A DNA stretch of 64,000 nt. Source: Candidatus Roizmanbacteria bacterium RIFCSPHIGHO2_02_FULL_37_13b (lineage in GTDB: Bacteria > Patescibacteriota > Microgenomatia > UBA1406 > HO2-37-13b). Below the pieces are notes generated by a model. The model did not search any database. It was not told the origin of the DNA and saw only the letters and a list, made by a program, of their open reading frames with translations. Position 1 is the first letter of the stretch. Every line of letters begins with the position of its first letter. Shown in pieces: positions 28,078 through 35,539 of this stretch. The DNA lies in contig MFZK01000021.1 of NCBI GenBank assembly GCA_001789395.1, forward strand, positions 2,114-66,113. Reading direction: 5' to 3'. The position numbers and the translations under genes are program-made.

Positions 28078-28151
28078 GACCGCTAGAGGACTTGAACCTC
28101 TGACCTTCACAATGTCAATGTGACGCTCTAGCCAACTGAGCTAAGCGGTCA
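28078..28151 (-). tRNA. tRNA-Val (anticodon GAC)
   Basis: Hand-folded cloverleaf: acceptor GACCGCT/AGCGGTC, D-arm GCTCAGTTGGCTAGAGC, anticodon loop TTGACAT, T-arm GGTTCAAGTCC. Confidence 0.85.
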
Positions 28152-28153
28152 AG

Positions 28154-29446
28154 TCATTTAATTATTCTACCAAATAACTTGTCTTTTTGATACTTGATAA
28201 CCTCAATTCTTTTGATATCTCCCGGTCTTATCGATGTTTTTTCAACATACACTGGAACTTGATTATCTAAGAGAACCTCTTGTATGCTGTCTGTATTTTT
28301 TAAAAACAATGCGTTACTTTTATAGCCCAAAAGACTTTTCTGAAACGCTTCAAACTTTTCATCTGATAATTCTCGAAGCAATCGAGAACGTTCAATTTTA
28401 GTTTTATTATCAGGTTCTTTCAGTCTTTTTGCTAAATAATAACCGGCAGTCATTTCTCTTTTGGAAAATCTGAATACGTGAAATTTTGAAATTGGCGATT
28501 TATCAAGAAAATTATAAGTATCTTTAAAATCATTATCTGTTTCCTCGAGAAACCCAACAATAATGTCTGTTGATATAAAAATCCTTTTATTTATCGACGC
28601 GAGTCGTTTTACTCGATCTATCATGTCTTCTCTTGTATGACATCGTTTCATTAGGGTGAGTATTTTATTTGAACCGGATTGAAGAGGAATATGAAAAAAA
28701 TTGACTAAGCGATTGTTTATTTGCTCTTGTTGATAAAAATCGATAAATTCGTTTGTTATACTCCAAGGATGAACGGATCCAAAACTTAATCTAGGAACCT
28801 TCGTATTTTTTAACACCGATTTAATAAGTTCTATGAAACCTTCGTTTGAATCTTTGCCAAATGCTTCGGTATTTATAGCAGTTAAAACAACTTCTTTAAT
28901 ATTGTCTGAGGAATGATTTATGGTATTCACTATTTCTTTGATTGGTATAGACTTTGGTAAACCCCGTAAATATGGAACAATGCAGAATGAACAAAATCGA
29001 TGACAGCCATCCTGAATTTTGACCAATAATCTTCCAGATAACAAAAATTTGTCGGATAGTATATCAACCACTTTCGGACGGCCGTCTAAAAGTGGTATAT
29101 TCTTTAACAGTTTATTTTTAATTAATTGGACTAAGTATTCTTTTTGGAGATTATCAGTAATTAAGTCAACGGGTAAATCGGTATATTTGCCAGACTTTAA
29201 CCAATATGTGCTGCAACAGCCGGTGACGACTATCTTGGTCTGAGGTTGTTTTTTTCGAACTTGGTAGATAAGTTGTCTGGCCTCCCTTTCTGCTTTTTGG
29301 GTGACAGAGCAGGTATTAATGATATATATATCAGGCTCTACAGTAGTTTGTTTAAAACCTTTGATAATCATTTGTCGATCAATTTCTTCTTTTTCCGCTA
29401 TATTTACTCGACATCCAAAACTAAAAGAATCAAAGGTGGGTGGCAT
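28154..29446 (-). CDS. radical-SAM methylthiotransferase (MiaB/MtaB-like tRNA-modifying enzyme)
   Basis: N-terminal UPF0004 cysteines (FGCRVN, NTCSVT, GCC), a CxxxCxxC radical-SAM motif (CHRFCSFC), and a C-terminal TRAM-like region. Confidence 0.8.
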   Translation of the reverse strand: MPPTFDSFSFGCRVNIAEKEEIDRQMIIKGFKQTTVEPDIYIINTCSVTQKAEREARQLIYQVRKKQPQTKIVVTGCCSTYWLKSGKYTDLPVDLITDNLQKEYLVQLIKNKLLKNIPLLDGRPKVVDILSDKFLLSGRLLVKIQDGCHRFCSFCIVPYLRGLPKSIPIKEIVNTINHSSDNIKEVVLTAINTEAFGKDSNEGFIELIKSVLKNTKVPRLSFGSVHPWSITNEFIDFYQQEQINNRLVNFFHIPLQSGSNKILTLMKRCHTREDMIDRVKRLASINKRIFISTDIIVGFLEETDNDFKDTYNFLDKSPISKFHVFRFSKREMTAGYYLAKRLKEPDNKTKIERSRLLRELSDEKFEAFQKSLLGYKSNALFLKNTDSIQEVLLDNQVPVYVEKTSIRPGDIKRIEVIKYQKDKLFGRIIK

Positions 29447-29467
29447 AATTAGAATTAAATTTTATCA

Positions 29468-29866
29468 TTACATCGCAGTATCTTCAAAAGGAGGAGGCGC
29501 TGCTCGATTACCGACGAAGAGATGAGATGCTCTACTGACGACGTTTTTAAGCGCGTGGATGATGTTTTTGAAAAAATGTGGTAGATGATGACGGGCAGCT
29601 GGTTGGGCTTGAGTTTGATGGGTATCGACGGGATTAGACATATCAATTATTGGGTGTTCTTCTAACAGTTGAGTATGTAGTGCATCTCGGATTACGCTTT
29701 CAGCACCTACACGTACGGAGTCATCTGCTGTCGGATCAGGATCGGAATCAACCATAGGTCTATCTCCTTCATCCCTAAAAGTAGGTGATGGAATTGCAGG
29801 TTCTCGATTTGGAGTTCCATTAGCTATTACTTCGACTCCTTCTATCTCCGGAGCAGTATCCGCCAT
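29468..29866 (-). CDS. orphan acidic, Pro-rich, probably disordered protein in a GC-rich island
   Basis: Uninterrupted 132-codon ORF. My hand count is 182 G+C in 399 nt (~46%), against ~32% in the first 100 nt of the adjacent gene. TATAAT (29880-29875) lies 8 nt upstream of the ATG. I recognise no family. Confidence 0.55.
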   Translation of the reverse strand: MADTAPEIEGVEVIANGTPNREPAIPSPTFRDEGDRPMVDSDPDPTADDSVRVGAESVIRDALHTQLLEEHPIIDMSNPVDTHQTQAQPAARHHLPHFFKNIIHALKNVVSRASHLFVGNRAAPPPFEDTAM

Positions 29867-29887
29867 ATATAAATATTATAGACTATC

Positions 29888-30412
29888 TTACATTACCGAG
29901 CGAGTATTTTGAAGTTCTTGAGAAAGAGAATATTGAGTGCCTTTCTTTTTTGATAAAACAGCAAATAATGAACCCCGTTTTTTCTTTTTTGTCTGCATTG
30001 CTGACAGCCAGGTTTTTGCTTCAGTTGCTTTTGCACGAAGATCGCGAATTAAGCTGAGTAAAATTTCCAAGAAATGAATGTGGTAGATACCACCTTTTTC
30101 AGATATGGTTTGAAACGCAGCGTTTTCTATTTCTTCAGCTTGTGTTACTAGTTGCTTTTGAGATAATTTCAACGCCTTGATTTCTGCTCTAATCTCATCT
30201 TTTAATGATTCTATTTCTCTTGGGATCAATTCATTTTCTTGGTATTTTTGGTGACTGAATATTGTAAATTCCAGTCGTTGACTAAATCTAGAGACTGGTT
30301 TTTCGTTAGAAATTTGATTGGTTTTTGACTCTGCAGAACTACCTCGCCAACTTGGTAGTTTTTCGATATCATTTTTCTTATTTGGATCTTGCCACTTACC
30401 CATTGTTTTCAT
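29888..30412 (-). CDS. hypothetical coiled-coil protein
   Basis: 174-aa ORF with local AT-rich composition. The central region has heptad-like charge repeats and the C-terminus is basic. I recognise no family. Confidence 0.5.
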   Translation of the reverse strand: MKTMGKWQDPNKKNDIEKLPSWRGSSAESKTNQISNEKPVSRFSQRLEFTIFSHQKYQENELIPREIESLKDEIRAEIKALKLSQKQLVTQAEEIENAAFQTISEKGGIYHIHFLEILLSLIRDLRAKATEAKTWLSAMQTKKKKRGSLFAVLSKKKGTQYSLSQELQNTRSVM

Positions 30413-30435
30413 GGTTAAATTATAATATTATTATA

Positions 30436-31308
30436 CTACAGGCCAAGTAAATAATCAAGTGTTTTCTGGCGACGCACTAATGATGCGTAAAAATAAGAAT
30501 TTTTTTCAGCTTCTTTTCTTTTTTCAGGTTCTTTTATTTGAGAAAATAAACTTTCTAAATCAGCTTTTTCAACGACTATTTTTGCTTCTTCGGCAATTGC
30601 TTCAAGAGCAAATTCTAATTTATAGGTTTCCTCAATTTCCGTCTTATACTTGTTTTTGATTGATTCCATGGTTTCGTTCTTTGATTGTAGATATGCTTCC
30701 ATTTTTAATCCAATTTTACTGACATCATCCACCAATTGAGATAATTTTTTATTCAGTTCTTGTTCAATGATAATGTCAGAAATTTCTATTATGGTTTTTT
30801 TTAGAAGTACTTCAAGAATCTTATTTAATGTCTTTGACTGTTTTTGTTTAATTTGATCTTCAGTTTCTTTTTGTTTGTCTTTACCGGGAACCCATATATC
30901 GTCCTGTTTTAATTCTGCCTTAGCTTTTTTTATTTCATCTTGATAATTATTTAAATTAATGATCGGTTTTTGGGCGACTATAATTCTTAAACTCCAATCT
31001 TCATTTTCCTTTGCCTTTAGAAGTGACACTTGTGGTGGTACTAACGGTTGTAAATTTTCTTGTTTTATCAAATCCGAGTAAAGTTCCGGTATTAATAGTT
31101 CGACCAATTTCTTATAAACAAGATCCTTTTTAATATGTTTTGATAATATATTTTTCGGTGCTTTGCCGCGTCTGAAACCTTCGATTTGAGTCTCTGCTGC
31201 AATCTGATCGAATGCAGCATCGTATTTATCTTGAACTTGTGACCAAGTCACATTAACATCAAATTGAAAAGTGTTTTTACCGAGATCTTTTTTTATTGAA
31301 TTTGTCAT
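30436..31308 (-). CDS. tig: trigger factor, short form without PPIase domain
   Basis: The GFRRGKAP ribosome-binding signature is near residue 45. At 290 aa, the N-domain runs directly into C-domain-like helices. Confidence 0.75.
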   Translation of the reverse strand: MTNSIKKDLGKNTFQFDVNVTWSQVQDKYDAAFDQIAAETQIEGFRRGKAPKNILSKHIKKDLVYKKLVELLIPELYSDLIKQENLQPLVPPQVSLLKAKENEDWSLRIIVAQKPIINLNNYQDEIKKAKAELKQDDIWVPGKDKQKETEDQIKQKQSKTLNKILEVLLKKTIIEISDIIIEQELNKKLSQLVDDVSKIGLKMEAYLQSKNETMESIKNKYKTEIEETYKLEFALEAIAEEAKIVVEKADLESLFSQIKEPEKRKEAEKNSYFYASLVRRQKTLDYLLGL

Positions 31309-31373
31309 AATTATATTTTACCCACTTCCTCCCTGAAATTGTGCCGAGTCAATCTCGGCAACCAAGTATGACT

Positions 31374-31460
31374 TGGTGCCGCGAGGAGGACTTGAACCTC
31401 CATGCCTTTTCAGGCACACGGTCCTAAGCCGTGCCTGTCTACCAATTTCAGCATCGCGGC
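31374..31460 (-). tRNA. tRNA-Leu (anticodon TAG), CCA encoded
   Basis: Acceptor GCCGCGA/TCGCGGC, anticodon loop CTTAGGA, long variable arm, T-arm GGAGGTTCAAGTCCTCC, followed by ACCA. Confidence 0.85.
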
Positions 31461-31515
31461 AAATTCATGCGAATGCTTCCGCGGCCTGTTTCGCCTACCG
31501 CTAATTATAATTGAT

Positions 31516-32055
31516 TTATAGAAGATAAGATAATCGTTTTAACCTATTTTCCTCCTGATAAAATTTAGCAATGAATTTATTGACACGGGCAGCCCATGTA
31601 GGTGAAGCTGCGTATTTCCGTCCGATGTCAGAAATTGTCTCAGCACCGCGGTCATAATATTTAAATCTTAATGATCGGCTGATAGTGAAGATACCATGAG
31701 GCCAGCTTTCGAAAGATAAGTGGCCTCCACCCCATCCGTAGGCATTAAACGTATTTTCTTTCATTCTTTTACCAAAGGACGATTCCAGGCCGGATATGGA
31801 AACCAATAGATATGGGTCGATATTATAGGCATAACTCGCTGTTAAGTAATCATGAGTATATAATTTTAATATCGAATTATTTTTAGCCAAAACGTTTTCC
31901 ATCGCCTTTTTTTGGATATAGTATTCACGAGATTGATTTAATGCCGATTTCAAAGATGCTGAACCGGTGTGAATCATTTCCACTGCACTAATACCAGATG
32001 ATGTGCAATGGAACAGAGCGACTAGAAAAATGATGGAAATTATTTTTTTTGTCAT
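31516..32055 (-). CDS. secreted lysozyme-like peptidoglycan hydrolase (SLT/glucosaminidase superfamily)
   Basis: Signal-like MTKKIISIIFLVALF from the ATG at 32055. ISGLESSFG...NAYGWGG is a catalytic-Glu-type motif. It is a paralog of the next gene. Confidence 0.6.
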   Translation of the reverse strand: MTKKIISIIFLVALFHCTSSGISAVEMIHTGSASLKSALNQSREYYIQKKAMENVLAKNNSILKLYTHDYLTASYAYNIDPYLLVSISGLESSFGKRMKENTFNAYGWGGGHLSFESWPHGIFTISRSLRFKYYDRGAETISDIGRKYAASPTWAARVNKFIAKFYQEENRLKRLSYLL

Positions 32056-32116
32056 ATATAAAAAAGATCCCAAAGCCAATCTAGAGACTTCTAGAAGAAC
32101 CTTAGGATCTGATAAG

Positions 32117-32145
32117 ATTATAACATATTATTATAGGTTTGTCAA
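32117..32145 (-). promoter_or_regulatory. consensus sigma70 promoter
   Basis: On the minus strand, TTGACA (32145-32140), a 17-nt spacer, then TATAAT (32122-32117). Both hexamers are perfect consensus. It lies upstream of the 32055 hydrolase gene. Confidence 0.65.
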
Positions 32146-32189
32146 ATATCATAATGGGTAAAATATCTTTACGATAAATATCAGAATAA

Positions 32190-32780
32190 TTATTCAAGAA
32201 GGCTCATAAAGTGATTAACCGCAAAGGACCAGGTCCCCGGAGAATGCGGCGCGTATTTTGCCATGACCTCAGAGGGCGTGGTTAACCCTTTATCCACATA
32301 TAATCGCTTAATTCCGTCAGATACTACCTTTATACCCTCTTCATAACCACTGAATCTTCGAACGTTGCTACCGGTTATATCCCATCCCCAACAATTATAT
32401 GAGTTTTCAGGAATCTTCTTGCAGAGAGTCGATTCCTGCATAGCAATTGCAGGCAAGATCCGGTAGTCAAGGCCATGTTTATCAGCTTCTTGGACTATTA
32501 AGTCAGCATAGGGAAACAAATCGCTATTATATCGCCTGAAGAAACTCATTAGGTTAAGAGCTCTGCTATCAGCTGTCTTTACTTCAGTCTCAATCGATCC
32601 AAGGACCAAAGGTGCGGCAGAAAAAGCAAATTGATTTGCTTCTAGAGAAGCCTTATCAATCTCGCTAAGAAGCAATGATTGTTTTTGTGATATCGAATTA
32701 GCATAAGTAATCTTAGCGACAAGCATGAAATTCGTAATATAGATGATAATAAATAATACAGCCAGCAGAATTTTATTCAT
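32190..32780 (-). CDS. secreted lysozyme-like peptidoglycan hydrolase (paralog)
   Basis: N-terminal TM/signal segment. AIAMQESTLC...NCWGWD aligns with the motif of the downstream paralog. Confidence 0.6.
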   Translation of the reverse strand: MNKILLAVLFIIIYITNFMLVAKITYANSISQKQSLLLSEIDKASLEANQFAFSAAPLVLGSIETEVKTADSRALNLMSFFRRYNSDLFPYADLIVQEADKHGLDYRILPAIAMQESTLCKKIPENSYNCWGWDITGSNVRRFSGYEEGIKVVSDGIKRLYVDKGLTTPSEVMAKYAPHSPGTWSFAVNHFMSLLE

Positions 32781-32831
32781 TTACTATTTATATAACCAAA
32801 AAACAAAGATTATGTCAAGTTTTAGCCTTGT

Positions 32832-33374
32832 CTACAAACGATAATAGTAAGTATTCGAGTCATTTACAGTAATAACTTTGATGAGCTTATCAGGTGAAAA
32901 AGGAATCGTGAATCGATGCGAGATAATTATTGTGCCATGTTTGCATTCTTTGATGAATTTCGGAGTCAATTTAGCAATTGTTTTAGGTAATAAATATACA
33001 TAAACATAGTCACAAGAAGACAAGTCATACTTAAAAAAATCTTTTATAATATATGAAATATTGTTAAGATGTGAAAATTTTGTAATAATTCTGGAGTAAA
33101 TTATCAAGACTGGATTAATTTCTAGACCAATGCATTTAACTCCGTATCTAAGGTTTGCTAATCTCAATAATCGGCCATCACCTGATCCCATTTCCAGGAA
33201 AATTTTGCCTTTTATTAAATTGGCTTCCTTTAAGATTTTATTACACCAATCCGATGAAGTAGGTACAAAAGGAGATCCTTTGATGAAAGCATAGATACCA
33301 AACCAGTGAAACAAATTAAATATTATTAAAAAAAGAAAGAGAATAAATACGATTATTAAAACAAAAATAGTCAT
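32832..33374 (-). CDS. membrane-anchored class I SAM-dependent methyltransferase
   Basis: N-terminal TM helix and motif I LEMGSGDGRLL. Confidence 0.65.
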   Translation of the reverse strand: MTIFVLIIVFILFLFLIIFNLFHWFGIYAFIKGSPFVPTSSDWCNKILKEANLIKGKIFLEMGSGDGRLLRLANLRYGVKCIGLEINPVLIIYSRIITKFSHLNNISYIIKDFFKYDLSSCDYVYVYLLPKTIAKLTPKFIKECKHGTIIISHRFTIPFSPDKLIKVITVNDSNTYYYRL

Positions 33375-33413
33375 AAAAAAACTGCTTTGGTATAATCATT
33401 ATACATAAATCAT

Positions 33414-33485
33414 GCCTCCGTAGCTCAATGGACAGAGTACGTGGCTTCGGACCATGGGATGGGGGTTCGATTCCCTCCGGAGGCA
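33414..33485 (+). tRNA. tRNA-Arg (anticodon TCG)
   Basis: Acceptor GCCTCCG/CGGAGGC, anticodon loop CTTCGGA, T-arm GGGGGTTCGATTCCCTC. Confidence 0.85.
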
Positions 33486-33699
33486 CTAGAAACTGTTTGC
33501 GACTCAGTCGGAAATACAGTTTCTTGTGTCCTTAAATGAAGCAAAGGGAGTTTAAGGACTAGTTATTGGTGACTGTAGCCCGAAGGTTTATCGCGTTGCG
33601 ATAAACTGAAGGTCCCTTAGAGTGATAACGACAAGGGATCATTGAGAAGATATCATATAAAATTAGGAGGTAAGATATTGAAATATAGTAGAAAAATTT
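33486..33699 (+). other. 214-nt hairpin-rich tRNA spacer containing a duplicate of the tRNA-His 5' end
   Basis: Hairpins: AGAAACTGT..ACAGTTTCT, GTCCTTAAA..TTTAAGGAC, GTTTATCGC-gtt-GCGATAAAC and TCCCTT..AAGGGA. GGTGACTGTAGC at 33568-33579 is identical to the tRNA-His start at 33700-33711. Confidence 0.5.
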
Positions 33700-33773
33700 G
33701 GTGACTGTAGCTCAGTTGGTAGAGCGTCGCCCTGTGGAGGCGAATGTCGCGGGTTCGAATCCCGTCAGTCACC
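33700..33773 (+). tRNA. tRNA-His (anticodon GTG) with encoded G-1
   Basis: G-1 + GTGACTG/CAGTCAC + C73, anticodon loop CTGTGGA, T-arm GCGGGTTCGAATCCCGT. Confidence 0.85.
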
Positions 33774-33774
33774 C

Positions 33775-33932
33775 ATTAGAGCCTCTTGACGAGCTTAAGC
33801 GAGTTATAGAGGCTCTTTGTCCTGAGTCGCCGAATAGTGACGCGACGAAGGGCATTAGAGAATTATAGCGAGTTATAGAGGCTCTTTGTCCTGAGTCGCC
33901 GAATAATGACGCGACGAAGGGCATTAGAGAAT
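33775..33932 (+). repeat. tRNA-trailing element, tandem copies (R-A, R-B and the start of a third)
   Basis: 65-nt units at 33799-33863 and 33868-33932 are identical except one position (33837 g vs 33906 a), with a 69-nt period. The first copy carries the hairpin AGAGCCTCT..AGAGGCTCT followed by TTTG. Confidence 0.8.
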
Positions 33933-35504
33933 ATAATGACATCCAAGACTTTTTTTTCGGGAGATAGCCGATTGAGTAATTAACTTAGCAACTTGCAGCA
34001 TATTCAATGTCTCCATGAAGTATATTAGATCCGATGGTAAAACCTCTTTATCCAATAAATATCCATGTTTTTTCTTCTTAAATAGTGTAATCATTTTGTC
34101 GACCTCATACAGAGTTGTCTTTAATAGGTTTTGATGCCTGATTATGCCAACATTTTGCCACATAATGTCCTGAAGACGACGTCTGATCTTAACAGCCTTT
34201 TGCAGGTCATTTTTTGTAAATATTACTTTTTTTACATTGACCACTTTCAGACGGCCGTCTGAAAGTGGTATGGGTAGAAAATGATCTTTATTAATAGAAT
34301 GCTTAGTTGTAGACATTTTATTTAATATATTTTGAGCTACACGAGTGCCAAACACGACTCCTTCAAGGAGTGAATTCGATGCTAATCGGTTTGCTCCGTG
34401 AACGCCGGTATTGGCAACTTCCCCAACTGCATAGAGATTCTTGACATTTGTTTGACCATTGAGATCGGTATTAACACCTCCGCAAAGATAATGAGCTGCC
34501 GGAACTACAGGAATTAGACTACGGCAAAGATCCAATTCCCTAATTTTAAGTTCACGATAAATATTTGGAAAGCGTTTTTTCAACCTTTCACAGTTGAGAT
34601 GATTAAACAATAAAAATATTTCTTTACCTGTGATTTCCATCTGATAGATCGCCTGAGCTAGTTCATCGCGGGGCGATAATTCCGCCCGACTTAATTTGTT
34701 TATAAAAATTCGTCTTCGGGTTTTATCCACTAAATACCCTCCTTCACCTCGAAGAGATTCTGAAAGAAGAAAAAGAGGTGATATGTCCCCTTTTAGTGCT
34801 GTCGGATGAAATTGTATAAATTCCATATTACTGATCTTTGCTCCTGCAGAATTTGCAAGTACAATACCATCACCCGTAGACACAGATGGATTGGTAGTAT
34901 ATTTATAAAGCTGTCCCAAACCTCCGGTGGCTAAGACTATTGATTTTGAATTTGTAGACTGAATCTCAATTTTCCGGCTTTTATCTTTAAGGTTTATATA
35001 CGTGACACCAAAACAAATTCCGTTCTTCACTAAAAGTTTAGTTACAAAAACTTCGCTGTAAAAATCTATACCAATCTTTTTCGCAGTATTGATTAAAGCT
35101 TTTTCAATATTTTGGCCAGTAAAATCCGATGAATGGACAATTCGTTTAGCTGAATGGGCTGCTTCAAGAGATGTGATAATGTTATTATGAGCATCCTTAT
35201 CGAAAACTACGCCAGAATTTTCCAAAAAGTCAATTGCCTTTTTACTTTCATGAGAAAGAGTGGATACTGCTTTTTTATCATTAATAAATTTACCAGCCGA
35301 TAAAGTATCATCGATATGAGCTTTATAACTGTCAATATTACCAAGGACAGCGACAATGCCTCCTTGTGCGAGTGAAGTCGCGCAATCATCAATTTTAGCT
35401 TTAGTATAAATAGCAACGGATTTACTTTTCTTTTTTAAATTGATTGCCGTCGTTAAACCGGCGATTCCCGATCCTATGATTAATGCATCATAATTGTTTT
35501 CCAT
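33924..35504 (-). CDS. nadB: L-aspartate oxidase
   Basis: FAD-binding DALIIGSGIAGLTTA, 526 aa, adjacent to nadA and nadC. Confidence 0.85.
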   Translation of the reverse strand: MENNYDALIIGSGIAGLTTAINLKKKSKSVAIYTKAKIDDCATSLAQGGIVAVLGNIDSYKAHIDDTLSAGKFINDKKAVSTLSHESKKAIDFLENSGVVFDKDAHNNIITSLEAAHSAKRIVHSSDFTGQNIEKALINTAKKIGIDFYSEVFVTKLLVKNGICFGVTYINLKDKSRKIEIQSTNSKSIVLATGGLGQLYKYTTNPSVSTGDGIVLANSAGAKISNMEFIQFHPTALKGDISPLFLLSESLRGEGGYLVDKTRRRIFINKLSRAELSPRDELAQAIYQMEITGKEIFLLFNHLNCERLKKRFPNIYRELKIRELDLCRSLIPVVPAAHYLCGGVNTDLNGQTNVKNLYAVGEVANTGVHGANRLASNSLLEGVVFGTRVAQNILNKMSTTKHSINKDHFLPIPLSDGRLKVVNVKKVIFTKNDLQKAVKIRRRLQDIMWQNVGIIRHQNLLKTTLYEVDKMITLFKKKKHGYLLDKEVLPSDLIYFMETLNMLQVAKLITQSAISRKKSLGCHYIL

Positions 35505-35539
35505 AGATAAGAACTATATAATAATACAGCCAAAAATAT

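Noticed and set aside
28067-28153. A T-box or other leader upstream of thrS, or of pheS.
   Set aside because: The space upstream of thrS is fully occupied by tRNA-Val, and pheS starts 15 nt after rplT. There is no room for a ~200-nt leader.
29447-29887. The GC-rich ~400-nt block could have been a structured RNA gene (RNase P RNA or tmRNA), which often stands out in AT-rich genomes.
   Set aside because: Neither strand shows the RNase P conserved regions (GAGGAAAGTCC, ACAGAA.CCGGCTTA-like), a tmRNA tRNA-like 3' end (GGTTCGA...CCA), or a tag ORF. The block is an uninterrupted 132-codon ORF with a promoter-like sequence upstream.
33799-33932. The direct repeats after tRNA-His were considered as a possible CRISPR array.
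   Set aside because: There are only two full copies, which abut each other with a 4-nt linker and no unique spacers. The unit is 65-69 nt, and no cas genes occur in the window.
35505-35539. A possible NAD+ (nadA-motif) riboswitch upstream of nadA.
   Set aside because: The divergent nadB-nadA intergenic region is only 35 nt of AT-rich sequence, too short for the tandem-domain motif.
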